Origin: Nitrosopumilus sp.
GTDB lineage: Archaea; Thermoproteota; Nitrososphaeria; Nitrososphaerales; Nitrosopumilaceae
Assembly (NCBI GenBank): GCA_965205675.1
Contig: OZ242186.1
Coordinates: forward strand, 736,001-800,000
Direction: 5' to 3'
DNA length: 64,000 bases
Shown: piece by piece, positions 53,623-63,203 of the stretch
Layout of the letters: each line of letters begins with the position of its first letter
Position numbering within the stretch: position 1 is the stretch's first letter
Position numbers and translations under genes: made by a program
The notes under the pieces: generated by a model
What the model saw: only the letters and a program-made list of their open reading frames with translations
The model's database searches: none
What the model was told of the DNA's origin: nothing

Positions 53623-53713
53623 GACTGATCAATCTCTTTCATATTCTTTTCAAATAAAACCGTATAACTTTACAATTAGTAGCAAATATTATTTGGTTCA
53701 TAAAACAATTCTT

Positions 53714-54409
53714 ATGAAAAAGAAAACGTTTGCAGTTGATATTGATGGTACTATCACTGAAAATGGCGTAGGCCGGATCCACCTTGACGCCCTTGAATCA
53801 TTACGTCATTTAACTAACATGGGTCACGATGTAATTTTTGTAACTGGACGTTCTTCTGTTGAAGGGTTTTTACTATCTGTTTTTGGCGGTACTACAAAAA
53901 TTGCCGTAGGTGAAAATGGTGGTTGTATCACAATGGATACTAATGATCATGTTTTGTTAGGTGATCTCAAAGAATGCAAAAATGCCTTTGAAATAATTAA
54001 AAACAATATAGACAATGTTAAAGAAAAACATGTTTTTCCTCGAATGACTGAGGTTGTTTTGGAGAGAACTTTTGATTTGAATCATGCAAGAGAATTATTG
54101 TCTGAAAAAAATATCCATGTTCAATTATCTGATAGTCAGTATGCATACCATATCAATTCTCCTGGAATAGACAAGGGTGCTGGATTTACTAAAATTATGA
54201 ATGAATTGTCTATCTCTCGTGATGATGTTATTGCCATTGGAGACAGTGCAACTGATATTCCATTATTCAAAGTTGCAAAAACAAGTGTGGCATTAGGTAA
54301 TGCTTCAGATTCTGTAAAATCTGCAGCCACTATGGTAGTTTCAGCAAAATCTGGAGATGGGGTTCTTGAGGCATTAGATAAATTAGCACCCAAGTTATCT
54401 GAGATATAG
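53714..54409 (+). CDS. phosphoglycolate phosphatase-like HAD (Cof subfamily)
   Basis: DIDGT, TGR, ENG, DKG, GDSATD. Confidence 0.9.
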   Translation: MKKKTFAVDIDGTITENGVGRIHLDALESLRHLTNMGHDVIFVTGRSSVEGFLLSVFGGTTKIAVGENGGCITMDTNDHVLLGDLKECKNAFEIIKNNIDNVKEKHVFPRMTEVVLERTFDLNHARELLSEKNIHVQLSDSQYAYHINSPGIDKGAGFTKIMNELSISRDDVIAIGDSATDIPLFKVAKTSVALGNASDSVKSAATMVVSAKSGDGVLEALDKLAPKLSEI

Positions 54410-54411
54410 TA

Positions 54412-56298
54412 ATGACTTTCAAATCCATTCTTGATGAAATTGAAAATAATCTCAACAAAATAATATCTGATCTATCTGTCTCTAATGTGAAATTCTCTGT
54501 TGAACCTGCAAAACCTGGATTTGGTGATGTAAGCTCTAATATTCCATTTTTACTTGCAAAACAACTCAAAAAATCCCCGTTTGAAATTGCTAAAATGTTA
54601 TCTAAAAAATATGTTAATTCTACAAACACACTTGTTTTAAAATCTGAGGCACATCCTTCTGGGTATCTTAACTTTTTTGCAGATTGGGAGAAATTAAATC
54701 AATTAATTCTATCTGAATCTTATCTTGATACCTGTGGTGATGTTGATATTGGAAATGGTTCTACAATTGTAGTTGAACATACTAGTGTTAATCCAAACAA
54801 AGCGCTTCACATAGGACATATTAGAAATATTATCATTGGTGATACGATATCTAGAATTTTAAAAAAATCCAATTACAAAGTCAATGTCTTAAACTACATC
54901 GATGATTCTGGACTCCAGGTTGCCGATATAATAGTTGGATTCAAACATTTTGGATATGATCAAGAACCTCCTGATGGAAAAAAATTTGATCACTATTGTG
55001 GTGATGATGTTTATGTTAAGACAACTGAAAAATATGAAGCAGATTCTAGCCTTGAAGAGATTCGAAAAAATGTTCTCAAAGATCTTGAAGATGGGGATAC
55101 TGAGATTGCAAAGTTTGCTGATAAAATTACTCGACGTGTTTTGGCCGGACAGCTTGAAACTTGTTGGAATCTCGATGTAACTTATGATTGTCTAAACTTT
55201 GAATCTCAAATCATTCGTTCAGGTCTTTGGGCTAAAATCTTTGAAAAACTCAAAGATATGAAACTCATTGAATTTGAAAATGAAGGTAAGAATGCTGGTT
55301 GTTGGATAATTTCTGGTGATAATAATGAAGAAGATAAGGTCATAGTTAGAAGTAATGGGACTGCAACATATATTGCTAAAGATATTCCATATGCTGCTTG
55401 GAAACTAGGTTTACTTGAAGATCCTTTCAACTATGAAAAATATGATAAAAACCAACCTGGTTCTCGAGTTTTATGGCAAACTACTTTGAATGGATCTGAC
55501 AAAATCTCTAAAAATTTTATTGGTGAAAAAGTTATCACTATAATTGATTCAAGGCAAACTCGATTACAGAAGATAATTACTTTATTGATGGGCAAATTCA
55601 AATCAGTCCCCGATGCATATCGTCATCTTGGATACGAATCTGTCACTTTGAGTTCTGAAACTGCTAAAACTCTTGGTTTAGACACTGATGGTAAACAAGC
55701 TCAAATGTCTGGCCGAAAAGGATTGTATGTGAGTGCTGATTCTGTATATGCTTTTCTCAAAGAAAAAACACGTGAAGAAACTAAAAAAAGACATTCTGAA
55801 ATGAATGATTCTGAAATTGAAACAATTGCTCATTTGGTTTCAGTTGGAACATTGAGATATGAGATGATAAAACAAGATTTAGACAAAATCATTACTTTTG
55901 ATTTAATAAAATCCCTTAGTCTGGAAGGAGATACATCTTCATATATACAATACACTCATGCCAGAGCATCTAGAATTTTAGAAAAATCTAATCGTACTCC
56001 TACTATCGATGTTGATTTCTCATTATTGAAAGAAAAATCTGAATTGGATTTGATCAAAAATATTGGTCTTTTCAATTTACACGTTAGAGATGCTGCAAAT
56101 AATTTATCTCCCAAAGTAATTGCAAGATATTGTCATACTCTAGCTGTAACATTTAATTCGTTTTATGAAAAATCTAAGGTTTTGGATTTGGGTGATGTTG
56201 ACCTTGAAAACACTCGTCTTTGCTTGGTGAACTCTTTTAAAATTGTCTTAGAAAAAGCATTATCTCTTTTAGGAATCAAAGCTCCTGATAGAATGTAA
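54412..56298 (+). CDS. argS: arginine--tRNA ligase
   Basis: EHTSVNPNKALHIGHIRN, MSGRKG, YIQYTHAR, C-terminal DRM. Confidence 0.98.
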   Translation: MTFKSILDEIENNLNKIISDLSVSNVKFSVEPAKPGFGDVSSNIPFLLAKQLKKSPFEIAKMLSKKYVNSTNTLVLKSEAHPSGYLNFFADWEKLNQLILSESYLDTCGDVDIGNGSTIVVEHTSVNPNKALHIGHIRNIIIGDTISRILKKSNYKVNVLNYIDDSGLQVADIIVGFKHFGYDQEPPDGKKFDHYCGDDVYVKTTEKYEADSSLEEIRKNVLKDLEDGDTEIAKFADKITRRVLAGQLETCWNLDVTYDCLNFESQIIRSGLWAKIFEKLKDMKLIEFENEGKNAGCWIISGDNNEEDKVIVRSNGTATYIAKDIPYAAWKLGLLEDPFNYEKYDKNQPGSRVLWQTTLNGSDKISKNFIGEKVITIIDSRQTRLQKIITLLMGKFKSVPDAYRHLGYESVTLSSETAKTLGLDTDGKQAQMSGRKGLYVSADSVYAFLKEKTREETKKRHSEMNDSEIETIAHLVSVGTLRYEMIKQDLDKIITFDLIKSLSLEGDTSSYIQYTHARASRILEKSNRTPTIDVDFSLLKEKSELDLIKNIGLFNLHVRDAANNLSPKVIARYCHTLAVTFNSFYEKSKVLDLGDVDLENTRLCLVNSFKIVLEKALSLLGIKAPDRM

Positions 56299-56314
56299 TG
56301 TTTTAGGCAAAAAA

Positions 56315-56352
56315 TAAAAATGATTCATTAAAAATGATTCATTAAAAATGAT
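56315..56352 (+). repeat. 14-bp tandem repeat TAAAAATGATTCAT x2.7
   Basis: Directly visible downstream of argS. Confidence 0.8.
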
Positions 56353-56458
56353 GACTAAATTCCTTGCCTCATTAGAATCTAAAAAAGAATTTGCATCAAG
56401 TGGTCGCATCTTTGATCTTATGATAAAAATCCATATCTCTATTATGGTGTTTTTTTTC

Positions 56459-56673
56459 GTATGTACCAATCATTTTAGATGTATCCTGCCACATCCCAAA
56501 AACATGTTCAATCCCTATTTTCCATGTCTCAAAGCATGTAAGAAATACTGCAGATATTCTCATGGCCTGTTCATTCCTCATCTGTTCACAAGCATCTCTC
56601 TGCATCATGTATTTTTAAATCAAGTTTAGCATATCTTGAAAATTCTACTCCAAAACTCTAGCTAGTTACACTT
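56459..56673 (-). mobile_element. internally deleted IS66 relic (MITE-like)
   Basis: End GTATGTACCAA resembles the IS66 TIR; translation MMQRD...FLTCFETWK resembles the C-terminus of ORF 9361-9732; other end degenerate. Confidence 0.65.
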
Positions 56674-56752
56674 GTTTTGAAAATAATAATTTTGATATAT
56701 GTGTGATTATTATTTTAGTAGATCTAAAAAATAATTTGGATGATAAAAGAAA

Positions 56753-57067
56753 TTATTGAGGATTAATTTCCATTTTACCAAATTTGCCTTTGGTTAGGGA
56801 TACTTCACCTTTGAACTCATTGGTATATCCATTTGTAATGACAACGGTATCTCCTACATTAACTTCTTTGATATCGTCTCCCCACAAAGTGAGTTTCATT
56901 TGGTCCTCTTCAGCCTCGCCGCTAAAAATTACTGCATCACAGACATCTACTGTACCGCCATTTTTGAGATTGACAGTTCTAGAGTCTCCCTTGCTTTTAA
57001 CATCGGCCTTAACATTAACTCCGCTTCGCATTTTTTTTGCTTCAGAAATTGGTATGAATTCTGACAT
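56753..57067 (-). CDS. ssb: single OB-fold ssDNA-binding protein
   Basis: LTLWGDD, VGD-x-V-x-I-x-NGY, EFKG. Confidence 0.85.
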   Translation of the reverse strand: MSEFIPISEAKKMRSGVNVKADVKSKGDSRTVNLKNGGTVDVCDAVIFSGEAEEDQMKLTLWGDDIKEVNVGDTVVITNGYTNEFKGEVSLTKGKFGKMEINPQ

Positions 57068-57110
57068 GTTTTTGAAATTATTCTGCATGATTATAAGCTT
57101 TGTTAAAAAA

Positions 57111-58097
57111 GGTTCTATCGGGTTATCGTGACCTGATCATCTATTCCAAGAATCACGAATATGATCTGGTAGTGAATCATAATCTGAGTCAAACACTTCA
57201 TCCCAGTTAATTGAAACATGGGCATAACTAATTCTAATTTTTGAGTCAATTCTCAAATTATTCAAATCAAAAAAGCTAAGGATCTTTACAATATCATTTC
57301 ATTGCAACATGAATGTAAAAATCCCCAACAACATAAGGTATGAATCATTTCTTATTGGTGTGTTACATTTGGTGGGAATGTTGTCTTTGTATGAGAAAGT
57401 ATTCAGATCGGGCAGGGACCGTATGTCTATTCAACTATTCTAACGGTGCAACTATTTATCATAAAATCTTGGATGAAAATTCCAAGCAACAATACATTTC
57501 ATTATTTTCTTTTGACTAAAGGTGCTGATGATAAATTGTTCAAGGTTTGCAGACTAACTCAAATTCCAAACAGAAGAACCATTGACAGACGATTCCAAGT
57601 TCTGCCAATTGGTGATATAATCAGTAATATGAGAAATCAGTTTATCTTCAATAAACTAGTTGATGACGTATCTGCATCAGTTGATAGTTCAATGCTAAAA
57701 GCAGCAGAGTCCGACATGGCACAAATCAGACATGAAGAATAATCGTTTACCACTTTCAGGAATTGATACTGATGCAAAATGAGGTTTTTTAAAATCAAAG
57801 GGTCAGATATTTGGGTACAAACTATACATGAGTTGTAGTACTGGCAAACTGGTTACTCCTTTATCTGCTGATGTCTCAACTGCAAATGTTCATGACGGCA
57901 AGATAGATACGCCTAATCATTGATGGAATCAAAGCATATTACAATTTCACAAAGAAACAATGGTGCATTGAAAGGTAAGACTCCAAGTGAGGAAGCCTTG
58001 ATCAAAGTTGATGGTAAGAATAGATGGAAAACCACTATTGAAAATGCCTCACTTTACAAAGAAAATTCAATCTAGGTCACGATAACCTGACAGAATC
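57111..58097 (+). mobile_element. IS6-like element, internally deleted, with nested IS5/IS982-like fragment
   Basis: 24-bp imperfect TIR G(G/A)TTCT(A/G)TC(G/A)GGTTATCGTGACCT; 8-bp TSD TTAAAAAA; C-terminal transposase remnant YYNF...LKGKTPSE...W. Confidence 0.85.
57207..57902 (+). pseudogene. IS5/IS982-like DDE transposase fragment
   Basis: PNRRTIDRRF, VDSS, DTDAK, FGYKL, TANVHD; frameshifts and stops; truncated. Confidence 0.75.
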
Positions 58098-58183
58098 TTA
58101 AAAAATCAGCACAAAATTATAGATCATATTTTTAATCTGCCAAAATAGTAATCGAGAAATATTGGTTTATGCATAATCTTGTT

Positions 58184-58284
58184 GCAGAGGTATCGAAGCC
58201 CGGTCAACCGAGAGGGACTCAAGATCTTCAAAATAGGAAATCCCTTCTCTTAGGAGTTCGTGGGTTCGAATCCCACCCTCTGCA
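58184..58284 (+). tRNA. tRNA-Leu(CAA) with a 16-nt intron at 37/38
   Basis: Acceptor GCAGAGG/CCTCTGC, anticodon stem AGGGA/TCCCT with CTCAAG, intron 58224-58239, long variable arm, GTTCGAATCC. Confidence 0.93.
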
Positions 58285-58330
58285 CTAAATTTCTATTAAA
58301 ATGATTAGTTTTTGGTAAAAATTTTTGAAA

Positions 58331-58453
58331 TTATGCAACAAGTGTCTTTACTTTTCTCATAGAATGGTCTGAAATTTGTTTATGCATTTCAGCTAGTTGC
58401 TCATCTTTGAAAGATAGATTGCATCGAAAACACTTCCAAACCATTTCAGTCAT
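58331..58453 (-). CDS. C2H2-type zinc-finger microprotein (40 aa)
   Basis: Hand translation MTEMVWKCFRCNLSFKDEQLAEMHKQISDHSMRKVKTLVA. Confidence 0.7.
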   Translation of the reverse strand: MTEMVWKCFRCNLSFKDEQLAEMHKQISDHSMRKVKTLVA

Positions 58454-58636
58454 GTCTAGTCTAGGTATAAATTGCTTATAAGGATATTGCATGATTGATC
58501 CAATTTTTTACAATACATGATCAATGTTTTAAAAAACTTGTAATTTTTATAATTTTTTTGCTCATAATGAAATTTTTCATGCCTGAATGTAAATCCAAGG
58601 GTTTAGAAAACAAAAAAGTACTATGATTTTTGAAAG

Positions 58637-59257
58637 ATGTTTGATATTTTTGAAATTTTTGGAGAATTTTCATATCTTGGAATTTTTCTTGTACTAATTG
58701 GAATAAATTCTGCTCCGATCCTAATGCCTCCCAGTTGGATTATTCTTACATCTTTCTATCTTCTAGATCCTACACTAAACGTAGTTCTCCTTGCTATGGT
58801 GGGTGCTACTGGCGCAACTATTGGTAGGTTCCTTTTAAAAAAAATTAGTGGGTTGTTTAGAAAATTTGTATCTGAAGAACCAAAATCAAATCTTGATACT
58901 ATTGGAAATTATCTTAATGGAAAAAAATACGGTTATATGGTTGCCTCTTTTTTGTTTGGTGCAACTCCTTTACCCAGTAACATGTTGTTTATTGCATATG
59001 GATTAATGCGTGCAAAGAGTCTTGGCATCTATGTTGGATTCTGGTTTGGTAGAACTATTTCATATATCATTATGATCTATTTTGGAAATGCGGTATTGAC
59101 ACCATTTTTAGAAGTCTTTGAGGATCGTTTTACCGGTATCTTATTAATTGATGGTGTTGGTATCGCTTTGATTGTTTTGTTTGCTTCTATTAATTGGACT
59201 GTGTTGATCACTCAAAGAAAAATAAAATTCGTCAAACCAAAAATTTGGAGATTTTAA
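58637..59257 (+). CDS. DedA/VTT-like membrane protein
   Basis: MPPSW, GATGATIG, ATPLPS, GR. Confidence 0.8.
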   Translation: MFDIFEIFGEFSYLGIFLVLIGINSAPILMPPSWIILTSFYLLDPTLNVVLLAMVGATGATIGRFLLKKISGLFRKFVSEEPKSNLDTIGNYLNGKKYGYMVASFLFGATPLPSNMLFIAYGLMRAKSLGIYVGFWFGRTISYIIMIYFGNAVLTPFLEVFEDRFTGILLIDGVGIALIVLFASINWTVLITQRKIKFVKPKIWRF

Positions 59258-59878
59258 ATGAAAGTTCTTGATTCTATTAAAATAGATATTCAAAAATTAA
59301 TAGATAATGATCCTGCCCATGATTTTGAACATATTATGCGTGTGTATCGTAATGCTCAAAAAATGTGTAAAAACGAGAATGCAAATCCAAAACTCACTCT
59401 GAGTGCTGCATTATTGCATGATATTGTATCTTATCCTAAATCTGATAAACGTTCAAAAATGTCTTCTCTAGAAAGTGCAAAAAAATCAAAATCTATATTA
59501 AAAAAATATAATTTTTCTAATGAAGAGATTGTAATTGTTCATGATGCTATTCGCGATCATAGCTTTTCTCAAAATAAAACCCCTACAACCCTAACAGGTA
59601 AAATTCTTCAAGATGCTGATAGACTGGATGCGATTGGTGCGATAGGGATTGCAAGAGTTTTTGCAACTGGCGGTTCTTTAAAGCGCCCTTTTTACAATAT
59701 TGATGATCCTTTTTGTAAAACAAGAAAACCTGATGACAAAACTTGGACTGTTGATCATTTTTATCAAAAACTATTAAAATTAGAATCTTTGATGAACACA
59801 AAATCTGGTAAACTAGAAGCGCAAAAGAGAACTAGAGTCTTAAAAAATTATTTAAAACAACTAAAACAAGAACTTTAG
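59258..59878 (+). CDS. HD-domain phosphohydrolase
   Basis: AHDFEH, LLHD, HS, QDADRLDAIGAIG. Confidence 0.92.
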   Translation: MKVLDSIKIDIQKLIDNDPAHDFEHIMRVYRNAQKMCKNENANPKLTLSAALLHDIVSYPKSDKRSKMSSLESAKKSKSILKKYNFSNEEIVIVHDAIRDHSFSQNKTPTTLTGKILQDADRLDAIGAIGIARVFATGGSLKRPFYNIDDPFCKTRKPDDKTWTVDHFYQKLLKLESLMNTKSGKLEAQKRTRVLKNYLKQLKQEL

Positions 59879-60186
59879 CCATAATCCACATATCTATCAT
59901 AACGTGTTTCAATCTCTTTATTCTCGCCTGATTTTATTTTCTCATATTCTTCTTTTTTTCTAAATTCAATGTATTTCATAATTTCTGTAAATTCCTTATC
60001 TTTTGGATATGATTGAAAAACAGGTTCAATTAATTGCAAATATTCCAAAGTCTTTTCACGAAATTCTTCCCTAGTTGGTTTTTTGATACCTTTCATTCTA
60101 AACCATACTGCTGTCCAACTTGCACCTATTACATGTGGCAGTAAATCAAATGCACGTTGAATTTCAAAACGTTCGTCGTTTCTCAT
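59875..60186 (-). CDS. conserved hypothetical protein
   Basis: Clean ORF overlapping the hemB stop. Confidence 0.8.
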   Translation of the reverse strand: MRNDERFEIQRAFDLLPHVIGASWTAVWFRMKGIKKPTREEFREKTLEYLQLIEPVFQSYPKDKEFTEIMKYIEFRKKEEYEKIKSGENKEIETRYDRYVDYG

Positions 60187-61163
60187 GATTCTTGAAGGAA
60201 TTTTGAAGCTGATTTTGCAAAATATGTTACGATCATATCTGCTCCTGCTCTTTTAATTGAATGTAAAATCTCTAATGTGATATCTCTCTCATTTACATAA
60301 CCTAGCTGTGCAGCAGCTTTTACCAATGCATATTCGCCTGAAACACTGTATGCTGAAACTGGTATGTTGAATTTTTTCCTAGCTTCTGCAATTAAATCCA
60401 AATATGATAATGCTGGTTTTATCATAACAATGTCTACCCCTTCTTCAATATCTGTTTCAACTTCCATCATTGCTTCTCTTGCATTGGTATATGGAACTTG
60501 GTACGTTTTTCTATCTCCAAACTTTGGAGCACATTCAGCTGCATCTCTAAATGGTGAGTAAAAGTTTGAACGATGTTTTGCAGAGTGCGACATTATTGAA
60601 ACATCTGTAAATCCTGAATCATCTAATGCTTTTCGTATTGCAGCTACTTGACCATCCATCATTGCTGATGGTGATACTGTATCTACACCTGCTTTGGCTA
60701 AACTCACAGCTATTTTTGAAAGTGTGTTTAAACTAATGTCGTTATCTATTTTATCTCCTTGAATAATTCCACAATGTCCTGTAGATGTGAATTGACATAG
60801 ACAAACATCTGCCATAATTACAATTTTATCTCCAAATTTCTTTTTAATTTGTGATGCTGCTTTTTGAACAATTCCATTATCATCAAAGGCTGAACTCCCA
60901 GCTTCATCTTTTTGAGTTGGAATCCCAAAAATCATAATTGCAGGAATTCCTAATTGAATTATTTCCTCTACTTCGTCATTTACATCATTTAATGGCAATC
61001 TCTTAATTTCTGACATTGATTCTACTTTGACTCGTTGATTCAAATCTTCTTGAACAAACACAGGACAAATGAAATCCTTGGGAGATAGCGTTGTTTCTTG
61101 AACCAACTCTCTCATCTTCTCAGATATTCTCAGTCGACGAAGGCGTTTTGTTGGAAATGACAT
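60183..61163 (-). CDS. hemB: porphobilinogen synthase
   Basis: RLRRLR, DVCLCQFTSTGHCG, SAMMDG, FYSPFRDA, MIKPA, VSGEY. Confidence 0.97.
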   Translation of the reverse strand: MSFPTKRLRRLRISEKMRELVQETTLSPKDFICPVFVQEDLNQRVKVESMSEIKRLPLNDVNDEVEEIIQLGIPAIMIFGIPTQKDEAGSSAFDDNGIVQKAASQIKKKFGDKIVIMADVCLCQFTSTGHCGIIQGDKIDNDISLNTLSKIAVSLAKAGVDTVSPSAMMDGQVAAIRKALDDSGFTDVSIMSHSAKHRSNFYSPFRDAAECAPKFGDRKTYQVPYTNAREAMMEVETDIEEGVDIVMIKPALSYLDLIAEARKKFNIPVSAYSVSGEYALVKAAAQLGYVNERDITLEILHSIKRAGADMIVTYFAKSASKFLQES

Positions 61164-61193
61164 GATGAAATTCTCTTTAAGTAAAATATAATC

Positions 61194-62465
61194 CTAGTCT
61201 GATTGATTCTGTTTATTATAGTCAAATAATCTGCTTGCCAATTCTACCACATCTGGTTTTCCCTGCTCAGATGCTTTTCTGATATTGTTCATTGGAGTTG
61301 ATACTATGATTTCTACTACGGCTTTTGTCAGTTCTTCAATAATCTTAATTTTTTTCTCATCTTTTTCATCAAGCATTTGAAGTGCTTTTTGTAATTCTCT
61401 TTCTCTGAGATTCTCTATGTTCTTAAATACATCTTTTACAAGTGGCTCTGCATCTAGTCTTTTCATAGAGGCTTCTAATACAGATACTTCTTCATTAATT
61501 ATATTTTCAATGGTTTTTACCTTGTTTAACCGTGCATTCATGTTTTTTTCAACCATTTCTGCAATCTGGTCTAGATTCATTAGTTTAACACCTCCTATGG
61601 TTGCAACTTTCTCATCAACTGTTCTAGGATTTGACAAATCCAAAATCATCATTCCTTTATTTTTATTTTTCATAGCTTCTGTTATTCTCTCATTAGTGAC
61701 AAGAAAATATGGTGCAGTAGTTGCTACAAAAATAACATCATAGTTATCAAATCCTAAAAGTACTTTTTCAAATCTGATTGCATTTCCTCCCATTGTTTCA
61801 CAAAATGTTTTTGATCTTCCAATGGTTCTACTTGTAACATCAAATGCATAGCCTCGTCTTTGTAATGATTTTGCAACTAGAGTGGATACCTCTCCTGTTC
61901 CAATAAGTAATACTTTTTTTGTTTTTAATTCATCAATGTTTTCCTCTGCTAACTTTACTGCCATGGATCCCACTGAAATTCCTCCAGCTCCTATGCCACT
62001 TGAATTTCTAATTCTTGTTCCAATTCTAATGGCCTTGTCAAATAATGTGTTGAGATGTTGACCTGATGCTTTTACTTCTCTAGCTGAAGTAATGGAATTT
62101 TTTATTTGTCCTAGAATTTGCTCTTCTCCTAATACCATGGAATCTAATCCTGAAGTTAATTTCAACAAATGATGTAATGCTTCTTGATTTTCTGCAAATT
62201 CGATATTTTCATTAAATGCCTCCTCTTCAAGCCCTGTGATTTCTGCCCATGTTTTTTTAATTTTGTTTGAATCATATGTCTTAGATTTACCAAATAGTTC
62301 AATTCTGTTACAGGTCTGAATAATTACACACTCATCTAGTCCTGAATGGTTTTTGAATTGCTCATATGCATCATTCATATCCTTAATTGTAAATTGTTCC
62401 AGAATGTGAATTGGTGAATTACGAAAAGTAACACGTGCATTAATGATATTTTGATTCATTTCCAA
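61194..62465 (-). CDS. hemA: glutamyl-tRNA reductase
   Basis: TCNRIE, GLDSMVLGEEQILGQ, DLSNPR. Confidence 0.97.
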   Translation of the reverse strand: MEMNQNIINARVTFRNSPIHILEQFTIKDMNDAYEQFKNHSGLDECVIIQTCNRIELFGKSKTYDSNKIKKTWAEITGLEEEAFNENIEFAENQEALHHLLKLTSGLDSMVLGEEQILGQIKNSITSAREVKASGQHLNTLFDKAIRIGTRIRNSSGIGAGGISVGSMAVKLAEENIDELKTKKVLLIGTGEVSTLVAKSLQRRGYAFDVTSRTIGRSKTFCETMGGNAIRFEKVLLGFDNYDVIFVATTAPYFLVTNERITEAMKNKNKGMMILDLSNPRTVDEKVATIGGVKLMNLDQIAEMVEKNMNARLNKVKTIENIINEEVSVLEASMKRLDAEPLVKDVFKNIENLRERELQKALQMLDEKDEKKIKIIEELTKAVVEIIVSTPMNNIRKASEQGKPDVVELASRLFDYNKQNQSD

Positions 62466-63109
62466 TTCCTCAATATTGTACTAGCTCGTCTTTCAGCTTT
62501 TTTCATCTGCCCGTCTTTTATTAACTGATCAATTTTATCATCATTCATGATATTGCATAGACATTCTCTTCTTTGATCTTGTGTGGGTATAGTTTCTTTA
62601 GCTATCTTTCTTGCCATTTTTTGAATTCTAATTTGAGAAATGTCTTCTTTTGTGATTATTTTTTTGAAGAGCTTCTCAGATTTACTTTTAATTTTCTTTG
62701 ACATTGCAGGACTTTTCCCTCCAGTGAAAATTGCAATTTGAATGATATTCTCAAAATCAATTATTGCTGGATTTGAAAAATCGCTATCTTCAGGATTATC
62801 TGAACTATATACGATAATCTTTTTCTTTTTAGCAGCATTGATGATTTTTTGATTTATTTTTTCATCATTTGTTGTTGTAATGATCAAATCAGGTTTTAGT
62901 GTTGAAATAAATTTTATATTTGTAATTTTTTGTTTTTTTAATTTAATTTTTTTTGTTTTCACTAGCTTGTTAATTTGAACATTTACTGAATCACTAATTA
63001 TTATAATTTCACAATCTTGTTTTAATATTGAATTGATTCTTTTTTGTGCCTCTTTGCCTCCCCCAATGATGATTACCTTTTTACCTTTAAGATTAAGATC
63101 AACTATCAT
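62456..63109 (-). CDS. precorrin-2 dehydrogenase (SirC/Met8 family)
   Basis: IIGGG, D-x-P-x-x-SDF, TGGKSP. Confidence 0.92.
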   Translation of the reverse strand: MIVDLNLKGKKVIIIGGGKEAQKRINSILKQDCEIIIISDSVNVQINKLVKTKKIKLKKQKITNIKFISTLKPDLIITTTNDEKINQKIINAAKKKKIIVYSSDNPEDSDFSNPAIIDFENIIQIAIFTGGKSPAMSKKIKSKSEKLFKKIITKEDISQIRIQKMARKIAKETIPTQDQRRECLCNIMNDDKIDQLIKDGQMKKAERRASTILRNWK

Positions 63110-63203
63110 CGATCAAAGGGATCCCAGTTTCTATTTATGTATTAAAAACCAGAGCGTAAAATACCAGCTACATTTTTAATTGAATAGGCAAGGTATTGAT
63201 TTA

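Noticed and set aside
58184-58284. tRNA-Leu as the attachment site of an integrated element
   Set aside because: No duplicated tRNA 3' end and no integrase seen in the window
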